From contig JABLXZ010000002.1 of the NCBI GenBank assembly GCA_013177935.1, positions 384,181 through 448,180 of the forward strand: a stretch of DNA of 64,000 bases, written 5' to 3'. A program made the position numbers and the translations under genes. Origin of the DNA: a candidate division WOR-3 bacterium (lineage in GTDB: Bacteria; Hydrothermota; Tepidihabitantia; Tepidihabitantales; Tepidihabitantaceae). The notes beneath the pieces are model-generated. The model made no database searches and was not told the DNA's origin. It saw only the letters and a program-made list of their open reading frames with translations. Shown here piece by piece: positions 49,801-58,122 of the stretch. Position 1 is the stretch's first letter. Every line of letters starts with the position of its first letter.

Positions 49801-50931
49801 GCACGCGGCTACAAGTCCGGCGACTTCTACGCCTATGACCCGAACGCGGACAGTGCGGGTAACTGGACAACTCTGACTCCGATTCCGGCGACCGAGGGTA
49901 AACTGCCTTACAAGGGTGCGAACGGCTGCTATGGTGACGGCTATATCTACGCCACCATCGGCAACAACACCCAGGGCTTCCTGCGTTACTCGATTGAGGG
50001 TAACTCCTGGGAGCCGCTGGCAGCGGTACCGCTGGGTGCGAGTGGCAAGAAGGTCAAAGGTGGTACCGACCTCGTGTATGTGGACGGCTATGTGTACCTG
50101 TTGAAGGGTTACAAGACCGACTTCTTCCGGTACAATGTTGCCGCCTCTGCCTGGGAGTCGCTGCCTTCAGCACCGGCTGGTACTCGTCCGAAATGGGACA
50201 AGGGCTCCTGGCTGGTCTGGGATGGTCAGAACACGCTCTATGCTCACAAGGCGAAGTACGGTGAGATGTGGACATTTGACCTGACAACCCAGCAGTGGGG
50301 CACCGCGTCACTTCCGGGTATGCCGACCTCAAGCAGCAAGACCGGCAAGAACAAGAAGTCCAAGGACGGTTCTGATGGCGCCTACTACAACGGCTACATC
50401 TATGCGCTCAAGGGTGGCAACACCGTTGAGTGGTGGCGTTATGAGGTTGCCGGTAATGCCTGGACCGAACTTGACCCGATGCCGGAGGTTGGTTCTACCG
50501 GCAAGAAGAAACGGGTCAAGGCGGGTGGCGCACTTGCTGGCTACGGTGACAACCCAATCTTCTTTGCCCTGAAGGGTGGCAAAATCCAGGAGTTCTGGCG
50601 CTACTACGACACCACAGTGGTGGTGTATGCTGCGAAGCCGGAGCGCTCGGGCGTGATGGCGGAGCAGGTGAATGCGAACCGGTTTGGGTTCAGCGTGGCG
50701 CCGAATCCGGTGGTCAAGGGTTATGGCTTGCTCTCCTACAGCGTGCCGCAGCAGGCACCGGCGCGGTTGACGGTGTATGATGTGACCGGTCGAGATGTGA
50801 TGCATCTCACCTTTGTCGCTTCGGGCACCGGCACGCGCAACCTTGACCTGCGGTCGCTGGCAGCGGGTGTGTATCTGGTGAAGTTTGAGAGCGCCGGATA
50901 CAACGCGAGCCAGAAGCTCATCGTCCGGTAG
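46891..50931 (+). CDS. Giant secreted multi-domain protein (PQQ-like propeller, CARDB-like, Kelch-like propeller) with T9SS C-terminal domain; paralog of 16236..18899
   Basis: Signal peptide; N-terminal PQQ/BamB-like repeats; C-terminal 300 aa ~60 percent identical to 16236 ORF incl. KWDKGSWLV and PMPEVGSTGKKKRVK blocks; T9SS tail; AAAGGAGG SD. Confidence 0.6.
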   Translation: MNRSIGMGVLTLLVLTGVGFALTPTLPPASLTDLPPEVAYAQTVQFWVTGDGQVIHTPTLKDVQEAIEAGILAPGTVLGNGGGEPQPLPVDEFMWPMHGHDVYQNAWNPLIPQDTLRSLWTATYTSAAWAPWFGYPAIAAGKVVYVDCGTGYLYCRDITDGTVIWSTQVQASSYYPGSPVIFEGTGGQLWVAVPNYGTSGNTPRVSCYRLDNGQSVWTAAVPLGSAGASSTNLNFNRPVYYNGYIYHITLEFSTPYGGVLYRVNALTGDTMRLSTRGSSCGGALTIDPNGQYGYWPCWNPASPSNPKIMKINLATGALVDSTPVITDYPRGSVAINPTTRRLFCGGSASTSGSGSIRCYNADNLAAGPIWTFTTSGGHDIQYPAIDYENVYYTTQSTPGRLYAVKQSDGTGAWNTQGYITVPDNSAIYDGVPCVTGAVGSTRYVYLTPGYYTGANIWVVNAANGNTVQYRQVSSSEYMFTGASRPAGYFVSKSGYGTIFCFRSPNDLTIRNHDIAAYRIDIPEGVKLTPGQTITPTVTYINYGTNNEANFLVAFRVDSADQNLYLEGVLITDSVLSGDTFSVTFPDWTPANQYWAGYQIKAWVELTGDEAPGNDTVRRACMTTTDTCYSYRSNNAPSIDGYLAAGEWDDAYYVNVSNIAGWGGMTQSSNAAWMRLKHDGNNLYLAFGMPQAMTRDAGDQIGFYLDESGDGEWATDNSEGNYWFWVNQYNNDEVLYRWHTPDTFGQQLTVPGAQSASGTLNGYLVFEVKVPFGTLPYQISMNPVNDTGKLWLFSLDGSSFYGWWPADMPDTLWRQPMYYGTFILRTLQTGDVGVKSIDAPRSARPGDAVVPKATWKNFGTTSMNFTAYYLMNDPSGTRVYSESQTATLAGGAEIQLTFPSYVVNTEGDWAVKCSTVAGGDVNAANDIRTGTFRVSTAPPVTPGWVEVKSIPGAPKDGAFLAFNPDNGLIYAARGYKSGDFYAYDPNADSAGNWTTLTPIPATEGKLPYKGANGCYGDGYIYATIGNNTQGFLRYSIEGNSWEPLAAVPLGASGKKVKGGTDLVYVDGYVYLLKGYKTDFFRYNVAASAWESLPSAPAGTRPKWDKGSWLVWDGQNTLYAHKAKYGEMWTFDLTTQQWGTASLPGMPTSSSKTGKNKKSKDGSDGAYYNGYIYALKGGNTVEWWRYEVAGNAWTELDPMPEVGSTGKKKRVKAGGALAGYGDNPIFFALKGGKIQEFWRYYDTTVVVYAAKPERSGVMAEQVNANRFGFSVAPNPVVKGYGLLSYSVPQQAPARLTVYDVTGRDVMHLTFVASGTGTRNLDLRSLAAGVYLVKFESAGYNASQKLIVR

Positions 50932-50949
50932 TAGAGACCGGTTAAAAGT

Positions 50950-50982
50950 GAAGGGGGGCTTTAAGCCCCCCTTCTTTTTTAT
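50950..50982. terminator. Bidirectional rho-independent terminator
   Basis: AAGGGGGGCTTtAAGCCCCCCTTCTTTTTT between convergent genes. Confidence 0.7.
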
Positions 50983-50995
50983 TTAAGTTGTTAAC

Positions 50996-51541
50996 TTAAT
51001 GGATGACGAGAAAGCGGCGCACGATGTTGGGCTGTTCAGTGGAACGGAAGAAATAAATCCCGGGTGTCAGAGGCCGGGAGCGCACCACCATTCCCGAAGC
51101 GTTCAGGATTTCAATCCGGGAGTCGGCAAGCAGGTTGTTGAGCAGAGCCGGAAAGGCAATCATACCCGGTGTCTCCTCAATGCCGGTCTGACCCTGAAAC
51201 TTGATTTTCACCAGGTCAAACGGCGGTGGGAACGAGTACCAGGAGTCGTTAACCGGACGGTAGATGCTATCAGAAACGGGCATCCCGGCAACCATTGCAG
51301 AGTATTTTATTATTGCGGGCCAGCCCGGAAACTCCGGGAACTGGAATGGATTGGTTTCGCCCGGATTAGCTTCCCAGCCCGGGGTTGGGAACCAGGTTCC
51401 GGTGGAGCCATAGAAAAAGTAGACCGAATCGACTACAACCGGTTCTGTTTCGGTTGTCAGGTAGCCGGTAATCTGCCACTGGGCGGTGCTCAGCGTCACC
51501 AATCCCAGAGCGATGAGGGTGATAAAGAACTTCTGTTTCAA
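50996..51541 (-). CDS. Small secreted protein with T9SS-like C-terminal domain
   Basis: Signal peptide MKQKFFITLIALGLVTLSTA, AAGGAGG SD, beta-rich C-terminal tail. Confidence 0.45.
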   Translation of the reverse strand: MKQKFFITLIALGLVTLSTAQWQITGYLTTETEPVVVDSVYFFYGSTGTWFPTPGWEANPGETNPFQFPEFPGWPAIIKYSAMVAGMPVSDSIYRPVNDSWYSFPPPFDLVKIKFQGQTGIEETPGMIAFPALLNNLLADSRIEILNASGMVVRSRPLTPGIYFFRSTEQPNIVRRFLVIH

Positions 51542-51718
51542 AATTACCTCCTTTTTAATGCAATAAGTTTAGTAACACCGTTTTTTAATGTCAAGGAAAA
51601 AAGTCGGGCAGGGTTGCGTTCTTAAATCAAAGGAAGAGGTTTGCGAAGTAAAATTTGCTGGGCAGATATTATAAAGGAAGGTTTAAACCGTGATACGCGG
51701 TTTTGTTTTTCCAACCTG

Positions 51719-51734
51719 TATACTTTAAAGTATA
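51719..51734. promoter_or_regulatory. 16-bp palindrome TATACTTTAAAGTATA (second copy of motif at 12526)
   Basis: Perfect palindrome; shares 17-mer GTATACTTTAAAGTATA with 12527-12543. Confidence 0.45.
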
Positions 51735-52284
51735 ATAGCCGTAAATGGCTGTTTTCATATAACATATTGTAATTTAGATAGTTAACATAATGGGATACAA
51801 TTTTCCCTACCCAACCCCGGGGTAGTCTCCGGAATGGTATGGGAAATTGAAGTTGAGGTGGTTTTGGGGTGAGAACCTGATTCACCTGACCGGCTAATAA
51901 TCGGCACCATTAACGGGTTTGAGTGCAGGGTAAAATTGGGTTGGGTGGTGATAAGATAGAAGACCGGAAAACCGGGCGGGGTGGGTTGAGCCGAATTTCA
52001 GGCTTGACCGGGTATAATTTGCCAGTTAAAATTGGGATGATGAACTCAGTTAGAGCCGTGGTTTGCAGGAGGTGGCGTAGATGAACCGCCCATTTTACCG
52101 GAGCGGTCTGCTCCACCTTCAAGGACAGAATAGCGCGGCTCGTTTAGTTTCCCCAAAACAGTCAGGGACCGGCAGTCGGGAAAGATGAAGCTCCGGTTTT
52201 GTGCCGGCGGTCTGCCGGTTCGTAAAAGTAAGCACCAACTAAAAGCCCAACAAAAAAACAACCAGACAAAACAAAGGAGGTAAA

Positions 52285-53076
52285 ATGGCAAAGCGTTACG
52301 ACTATACCGGTAAGGATGTCCAGGAGGTTTATGACGGTCCGGGCGGTCTGCTCTGGGAAGCGGTGATGGGCGAGCAGATTCACTCAGGCGGACCAGAGGC
52401 AACCGACCGTCTGGCAAAGGCGCTGGGACTGAAACCCGGGATGCAGGTGCTTGATGTGTGCAGTGCGCTGGGCGCGCCGGCAAGGCACATCGCCCAGAAG
52501 TACGGGGTTAAGGTTACCGGTCTTGACTTTACCAGGACGATGCTGGAGAAGGCAAGACAGCGGACCAAAGAGGCAGGGCTTGACCATCTGATTACCTTTG
52601 TTGAAGGCACTGCGCTTGATATGCCGTTCAAGGCGAACACCTTTGATGTGGTCTGGGGTCAGGAGGCGTGGTGCTATGTTACGGACAAGGACCTCCTGGC
52701 GCGGGAGTGTTATCGGGTGTTGAAACCGGGCGGCAAGATTGGTTTTACCGACTGGGTGATTACCGGCAAAATTGAGGAGGACCTGCTCGCAAAACTTTAC
52801 GAGTCGATGGCGTTTCCCTATATGGAGACATTTGAAGGGTGGCAGGAGGTTTTGAAGCGCGCCGGGTTTAAGGTGCTTGATGCCCAGGACCAGACTGAGG
52901 AGTTTGCCCGCTGCTTTGATGAGTACAAGGTGATGGTGGAAGAGAAACTGAAACCGGCGATTCTGCAAAACTTTGGCAAGGACTTGTTTGATTTTGCGGT
53001 CAACCTGGTGAATATGTGGCGCGATGCGGCGCATCGGCATCAGGTAGGCAGAGGGTTTTACATCGGGCAGAAGTGA
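52285..53076 (+). CDS. Class I SAM-dependent methyltransferase
   Basis: Motif I VLDVCSALGAP and downstream acidic-loop motifs; AAAGGAGG SD. Confidence 0.6.
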   Translation: MAKRYDYTGKDVQEVYDGPGGLLWEAVMGEQIHSGGPEATDRLAKALGLKPGMQVLDVCSALGAPARHIAQKYGVKVTGLDFTRTMLEKARQRTKEAGLDHLITFVEGTALDMPFKANTFDVVWGQEAWCYVTDKDLLARECYRVLKPGGKIGFTDWVITGKIEEDLLAKLYESMAFPYMETFEGWQEVLKRAGFKVLDAQDQTEEFARCFDEYKVMVEEKLKPAILQNFGKDLFDFAVNLVNMWRDAAHRHQVGRGFYIGQK

Positions 53077-53226
53077 CCAGGCGTATTCTATTCTGGGTGC
53101 TAATCGGGCTCGGTACCGGCGCGCTGGTTTTTGGCTCTTTCATTGGTGCCTGGGCACGGATTGGCTACTTCAGCAGTCAGATATGCCTCTCCTGTATGGG
53201 TTTGGTTTAATAAAAAGGAGGTGTTT

Positions 53227-55026
53227 ATGAGGGGTAAGTTGCTGATAGTTGCCGGGCTGTTTTTGCTATCCGGCACAGTAATGGCAACGCAGCGGGTGAT
53301 GGTGATGGAGGACTTCACCGCCACCTGGTGTACCTATTGTCCGGGCGCGGCACGCGGTGCTGAGGAGTTGAAGTTTCGGGCGTTTGATTCGGTGGTGGTG
53401 ATTGCCTATCACTCGTCAACCAGCGACCCGTTTTACACCCCAGAGGCGGCGAGCCGGATGAGTTATTATGGCGTGACCGGCTATCCGACGATGCGGCTTG
53501 ATGGCGGACAGGCGGTGGTTGGAGGTCTGCATTACGGCACGATGTATCCGGCATACCGGCAGTTCTTTGACACCCGAAAACTGGAGCCGAGTCCGCTCGA
53601 TATCAGATTGACGGTCACCTATGATTCTTCATCAAGGAGCGGGGTGTTGACAATCGTGGTTCGGAATACCAGTTCCAGCGCGGTCAGCGGTCAGTTGCAC
53701 ACCGTTCTTACCGAAAGTCACATCTACTACCCCTGGCAGGGGATGGATAGCCTGCACGATGTCCAGAGGTTGATGCTTCCTAACGCTGCGGGCGAGGCGA
53801 TAACGGTCAACCCCGGGGATTCGGTGGTGCGAACAAGGAATTTCACCATCAATTCGGGCTGGGTGGCAAGGAACTGCGAATTTGTCGTTTTCGTCCAGAA
53901 CAACACCACGAAGTGGATGTATCAGGGTGCGAGTATCGAAGTGATACCGGAGCCGGAACTGGAGTTTGTCGGTTATCAGCCGGTACTGCCCCGCCCTGGG
54001 CAAAACTTCAATCTGACGCTCGGGTTGCGTAACATCGGCAGTGGGGCGCTGAGCGGTGCCAGTGCGGTGCTGTCAACCGATGACCCGTATCTTACCGTTC
54101 TCCAGGGCACGAGCAGTTTCGGGCAAATCAACCGGGGTGCGGAAGGTTATTGTAACACGCCGTTTCAACTGCAGGTGAGTTCTTCGTGCCCGGACCCGCA
54201 TCAGGCGACACTAAAACTGGTAATTACAACAACCGATATGGTGGTTGATACGGTGACATTTCCTTTGAACATCACCACGAGCCCGGGTTTTGCCGATGAT
54301 ATGGAGCACGGCATCGGTGGCTGGACCCATAGCGGCACCCGGGACAACTGGCACCTTTCGAATTACCGCGCCTCTTCACCCAGTTACTCCTGGTACTGTG
54401 GGGTAGAGTCAAACCACCAGTACACAAACGAGAACGATGCCCGACTTGTGACGCCGTTTTTCACCCTGGGCGACTCTGCCTGGGTGCGGTTCCAGCATTA
54501 CTACGACACGGAGGCGGACTTTGATTTCTGTGTGCTGGAGATAAACAACGGTTCACCGTTCTGGGTGCCGGTCGGGATGTGGAGCGGGTCAAGTAACGGC
54601 TGGCAAGAGGAGGCGTTCGATTTAAGCCCGTTGCGCAATCAGACGGTGCGGTTGCGGTTCCGGTTTATCAGCGACTACAATGTTACGGGCGAGGGCTGGT
54701 ATGTTGACGACTTTGAGTGTGGTACAAGGGTCGGCGTTGCCGAACAAGAAGGGCAAAAGGTGCTGCCCGTGCTGGCGGTGAGCAGTCCGGTACGAACGCG
54801 GGCTAAGGTGCGGTTTGTTTTGCCCGCCGGGGTCAAGGCGGAGGCGCGGGTTTACGACATCAGCGGGAAACTGGTGCGACAACTGAGTGACAACCTTAGT
54901 GGCAGCGGAACCGTGGTCTGGAATCTGACCGATGTCACAGGCAGGATGGTGAGTGCTGGTGGCTACTTTATCCGGATGAGTTATGACAACACCACGGTCT
55001 GTGTACCGATGGTGGTGGTGCGATAA
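53227..55026 (+). CDS. Secreted thioredoxin-fold (WCxYC) multidomain protein with T9SS C-terminal domain
   Basis: Start refined to MRGKLLIVAGLFLLSGTVMA (AAAGGAGG SD); TATWCTYCPG redox motif; T9SS tail. Confidence 0.5.
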   Translation: MRGKLLIVAGLFLLSGTVMATQRVMVMEDFTATWCTYCPGAARGAEELKFRAFDSVVVIAYHSSTSDPFYTPEAASRMSYYGVTGYPTMRLDGGQAVVGGLHYGTMYPAYRQFFDTRKLEPSPLDIRLTVTYDSSSRSGVLTIVVRNTSSSAVSGQLHTVLTESHIYYPWQGMDSLHDVQRLMLPNAAGEAITVNPGDSVVRTRNFTINSGWVARNCEFVVFVQNNTTKWMYQGASIEVIPEPELEFVGYQPVLPRPGQNFNLTLGLRNIGSGALSGASAVLSTDDPYLTVLQGTSSFGQINRGAEGYCNTPFQLQVSSSCPDPHQATLKLVITTTDMVVDTVTFPLNITTSPGFADDMEHGIGGWTHSGTRDNWHLSNYRASSPSYSWYCGVESNHQYTNENDARLVTPFFTLGDSAWVRFQHYYDTEADFDFCVLEINNGSPFWVPVGMWSGSSNGWQEEAFDLSPLRNQTVRLRFRFISDYNVTGEGWYVDDFECGTRVGVAEQEGQKVLPVLAVSSPVRTRAKVRFVLPAGVKAEARVYDISGKLVRQLSDNLSGSGTVVWNLTDVTGRMVSAGGYFIRMSYDNTTVCVPMVVVR

Positions 55027-55029
55027 GGG

Positions 55030-55791
55030 ATGCGGGTGCAAAGGGGCAGGTTGCTGTTTTTCTTCAGCAGCCTGCCCCTGATTTTGGGCTGTTCAGATGC
55101 GCCGTTGATTCCACTCGTGCCCACCAATCGGGTGGTGCTGGTTGAGTTTTTTACCTGGCAGCGGTGCGTTTACTGCCCTTATGCGGCACAGGCACTGGAC
55201 AGTTTGACAAAGGAGTTTTCGGACAGTGTGGCAATAATTGCCTATCACCGGCGCGTTGCGGGCGACACCCTTTCTCCGGAGTATGTTGAGGAGCGGCGTC
55301 AGTTCTATTACGAGTCCGGCGGTGAGCCGGCAACGGTTTTTGATGGCGGTCCGGTGGTGCGCACGCCTGGACCGGAGTACAACTACGAGACATTTAAGAA
55401 TTACATTCTCGGGGCGAAGGCGGTTTTGCCCGGGGTGGAACTGGTGATTACGACGCAGCGCGACTCTTCTCGGGCAACAGTTCTCGCCCGTGTTTTCGGG
55501 GTCGATTCGACACCGGAAGAGAGTTTGCGGCTTTATCTGGTGATAACCGAAGATTCGATACGAACGGTTTTACCCGGTGCAACCGACTCGGTTTTTAACA
55601 ATGTGATGCGGCTGATGCTGCCGGATGTCAATGGTTGGTCGTGCTGGTTGCGCCGGGGCGACAGTTTGCAATTTGACCAGACGGTACCGCTGCCGTCCTA
55701 CTGGAATCACCAGCGGTTGAGTGTTGTGGGTTTTGTGCAACAACCCTCAACCGGGCGGGTTTTACAGGCGTGTAAAAAGAGACTGGATTGA
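55030..55791 (+). CDS. Thioredoxin-fold (CxYC) protein paralogous to N-terminus of 53227 ORF
   Basis: FTWQRCVYCPYAA motif and conserved IAYH block shared with preceding gene. Confidence 0.45.
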   Translation: MRVQRGRLLFFFSSLPLILGCSDAPLIPLVPTNRVVLVEFFTWQRCVYCPYAAQALDSLTKEFSDSVAIIAYHRRVAGDTLSPEYVEERRQFYYESGGEPATVFDGGPVVRTPGPEYNYETFKNYILGAKAVLPGVELVITTQRDSSRATVLARVFGVDSTPEESLRLYLVITEDSIRTVLPGATDSVFNNVMRLMLPDVNGWSCWLRRGDSLQFDQTVPLPSYWNHQRLSVVGFVQQPSTGRVLQACKKRLD

Positions 55792-55800
55792 TAAAAGGAG

Positions 55801-56385
55801 GTGAAGATGAGAAGGATGTTTTTTTGTCTCTTAATTTTTGCCGGATTGGTGACACCGGCTAAAGCCGATTACAGTTTTAGTTTTGTGTGCCGGAGCGAGA
55901 CTTTGCAGCAGGTGGTGCCGGAAGGAGTTGCCGTTTACTACTTCACCCTGACCAACACCGGAACCGAGCCGGACATTTACCTTTTTGACTGCCGGGTTTT
56001 ACAGGAGGTGCCGGGCTGGAGCGCCATCTACTGTTTGCGCGGGCGGTGTGTTGAACCCGGGATACCGATGTTTGACACGCTGGCGCCGGGTGAAGCGGAC
56101 ACGACAATTGACATCACGGTGTTCACGACCAGTACCGAGGGTGAGCAGGTGATTCAAATGACGGTTACCTCTCAAGGCGACCCGTCACAGGTCAGTTCAA
56201 TTAGAACTTATACCCGGGTAAGTTGCGGTATTGAGGAAGGGGTAACTCGTTTTGGGTATAAGGCGGTGCCGGGTCTGGTTTTTGATTATGCGGGAAGAAG
56301 GGTGCGGGCGGTATTGACGCCCGGTATCTATTTTGTCCGTCGGGATGACGGTGGTGGTTTTCAGAAGGTTGTAGTTTTGCGTTAG
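55801..56385 (+). CDS. Hypothetical secreted protein with T9SS-like C-terminal tail
   Basis: Signal peptide MKMRRMFFCLLIFAGLVTPAKA, AAAGGAGG SD. Confidence 0.45.
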   Translation: MKMRRMFFCLLIFAGLVTPAKADYSFSFVCRSETLQQVVPEGVAVYYFTLTNTGTEPDIYLFDCRVLQEVPGWSAIYCLRGRCVEPGIPMFDTLAPGEADTTIDITVFTTSTEGEQVIQMTVTSQGDPSQVSSIRTYTRVSCGIEEGVTRFGYKAVPGLVFDYAGRRVRAVLTPGIYFVRRDDGGGFQKVVVLR

Positions 56386-56394
56386 GATATTAAT

Positions 56395-57435
56395 TTGAGA
56401 AAAAGGGGGCTTTTGAGTTTTGCCCGCGCTGCGGGCTGTGCGGGCAAGGCGTGTCAGGCTGACCTGTTTGCCATTTTAGACGGGTTACCCGGTTTTAAAC
56501 ATCCCGATTTGCTGGTGAGCGGCGCAACCGCAGACGATGCCGGGGTGTTTCGGCTGGATAAAAGACGGGCGCTGGTTCTGACTGTGGATGTTTTACCCCC
56601 GGTTGCAGATGAGCCTTATGTGTTCGGGCAGATTGCAGCGGCAAACTCCCTTTCTGATGTGTATGCGATGGGCGGTATGCCGCTTGCCGCACTGGCAGTT
56701 CTCGGGGTACCGGTTAAAGAGATTGAGTTTGAGACCGTGCGGAGGGTGCTTGCCGGTGCCTGGGACAAGGTTAAGGAGGCGGGTGCGGTTGTTGCGGGCG
56801 GTCACACGGTAAGAGACCAGGAGTTAAAGTTCGGTCTGGCTGTTACCGGGATTGTTCATCCGGCAAAGGTTGTGACCAATGCCGGTGCCAGACCTGGGGA
56901 CCGGTTGTTTTTGACCAAACCGCTCGGAACCGGGGTTATTACAACCGCCCAGAAGAACCGCCGGGCGCCACCGTATCTCGTGGCGCGGGCAAACCGATTG
57001 ATGGCGCAGTTGAACCGGCTGGCAGCAGAGGCGATGACCACAGTCGGGGTAAGCGCGGCAACCGACATTACCGGTTTCGGGTTGCTGGGTCATTGCTGGG
57101 AGATGGCACAGGCGAGCGGGGTTGACATAGTTATCAACGCAACAGCGGTGCCGTTTATTCCCGGAGTGAAGAAACTGGCTCAGGAGGGATGGTTTTGCGA
57201 AGGGACCTTGAACAATTATAAGTTTATGAAAAGCCGTGCCGATTTTGCCCCGGGGATAGACAAAACGATGCGTCTTTTACTGTGCGACGCCCAGACTTCA
57301 GGCGGTTTGTTGATTGCCGTGCCAGAAAAGAAGGTAAGGCGACTTATCAACGAGTTGGTGAGAGCCGGAGTTGATGGTGTCCGGGCGGTGGGTGAGGTGC
57401 GAGCCGGAACCGGAAGGGTACGGGTGGTCGAATGA
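56395..57435 (+). CDS. selD: Selenide, water dikinase (selenophosphate synthetase), Cys-type
   Basis: N-terminus LLSFARAAGCAGKACQADL aligns with E. coli SelD SHGAGCGCKISPKVL; PurM-like DDAGV motif; apparent TTG start. Confidence 0.65.
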   Translation: MRKRGLLSFARAAGCAGKACQADLFAILDGLPGFKHPDLLVSGATADDAGVFRLDKRRALVLTVDVLPPVADEPYVFGQIAAANSLSDVYAMGGMPLAALAVLGVPVKEIEFETVRRVLAGAWDKVKEAGAVVAGGHTVRDQELKFGLAVTGIVHPAKVVTNAGARPGDRLFLTKPLGTGVITTAQKNRRAPPYLVARANRLMAQLNRLAAEAMTTVGVSAATDITGFGLLGHCWEMAQASGVDIVINATAVPFIPGVKKLAQEGWFCEGTLNNYKFMKSRADFAPGIDKTMRLLLCDAQTSGGLLIAVPEKKVRRLINELVRAGVDGVRAVGEVRAGTGRVRVVE

Positions 57436-57480
57436 TAAGTTTGTTGCCGAAAGTTTTTGATTTCCTATAATATCTGACTT

Positions 57481-58119
57481 ATGGCAGAGAGAGCGGATTT
57501 ATTCTCCTTGCTCGTCGATGCGGTTGTTGCCCTGAAACCGGAACAGGTGCAGCGGTTGTGCGCAGAGGCTTTGCGTCAGGGTGTGCAACCGGAGGAGGTG
57601 CTGGAGAAGGGGCTGGCACGGGGTATGCGGGTGGTGGGTGAGAAGTTTGCGGCAAAAGAGTATTTTGTGCCCGAGGTGCTTTTGGCATCAAAGGCGATGT
57701 ATGCCGGGTTTGACATCATAAAAGAGAAAATGGCACCAAAAACCAAAAACCCGGGCCGGGTGGCGCTGGGTGTGGTGCAGGGCGACATCCACGATATCGG
57801 CAAGAATATTGTCAAGGTGATGGTGCAGGCGGCAGGGTTTGAGGTCGTGGATTTGGGCAGGAATGTGCCGATTGAGCGGTTTGTTGCCGCAGCGGAAGAG
57901 GGGGTGCAGATTATCGGAATGTCATCTTTAATGACGACGACGATGCCCAATATGGCAAAGGTGATTGAGGCGCTGAAAAAGAAGGGGTTACGGGAAAGGG
58001 TCAAGGTGCTGGTTGGCGGCGCACCGGTGACGCGCCTCTTTGCCGAACGGATTGGTGCGGACGGCTATGCGCCGGATGCCCACAGCGCGGTGGTAGAGGT
58101 GGAGCGGCTGTTGAAATAA
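57481..58119 (+). CDS. Corrinoid (B12-binding) protein of methyltransferase system
   Basis: B12-binding DxHxxG motif (GDIHDIGKN), ~210-aa two-domain (helical cap + Rossmann) layout like MtaC/MtbC. Confidence 0.7.
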   Translation: MAERADLFSLLVDAVVALKPEQVQRLCAEALRQGVQPEEVLEKGLARGMRVVGEKFAAKEYFVPEVLLASKAMYAGFDIIKEKMAPKTKNPGRVALGVVQGDIHDIGKNIVKVMVQAAGFEVVDLGRNVPIERFVAAAEEGVQIIGMSSLMTTTMPNMAKVIEALKKKGLRERVKVLVGGAPVTRLFAERIGADGYAPDAHSAVVEVERLLK

Positions 58120-58122
58120 GGC

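Noticed and set aside
47168-50921. Numerous short ORFs on both strands inside the 1346-aa giant gene
   Set aside because: Embedded in a gene with T9SS tail and paralog support. GC-rich antisense frames.
51622-52483. Minus-strand ORFs 51622..51885, 51910..52122, 52046..52483 in the long intergenic region
   Set aside because: No SD, Pro/Arg-rich low-complexity translations, and they overlap each other. The region is more parsimoniously a structured leader/ncRNA (see finding).
52384-53040. 218-aa minus-strand ORF antisense to the SAM methyltransferase gene
   Set aside because: The sense gene has a clear SAM-binding motif and a strong SD. The antisense translation is Lys/Arg/Leu low-complexity.
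53016-53210. 64-aa ORF starting MARCGASASG overlapping the end of the methyltransferase gene
   Set aside because: Its N-terminal half is the alternate frame of the MTase 3' end. Only the downstream GTG-initiated hydrophobic segment is plausibly real, and even that is speculative (see finding).
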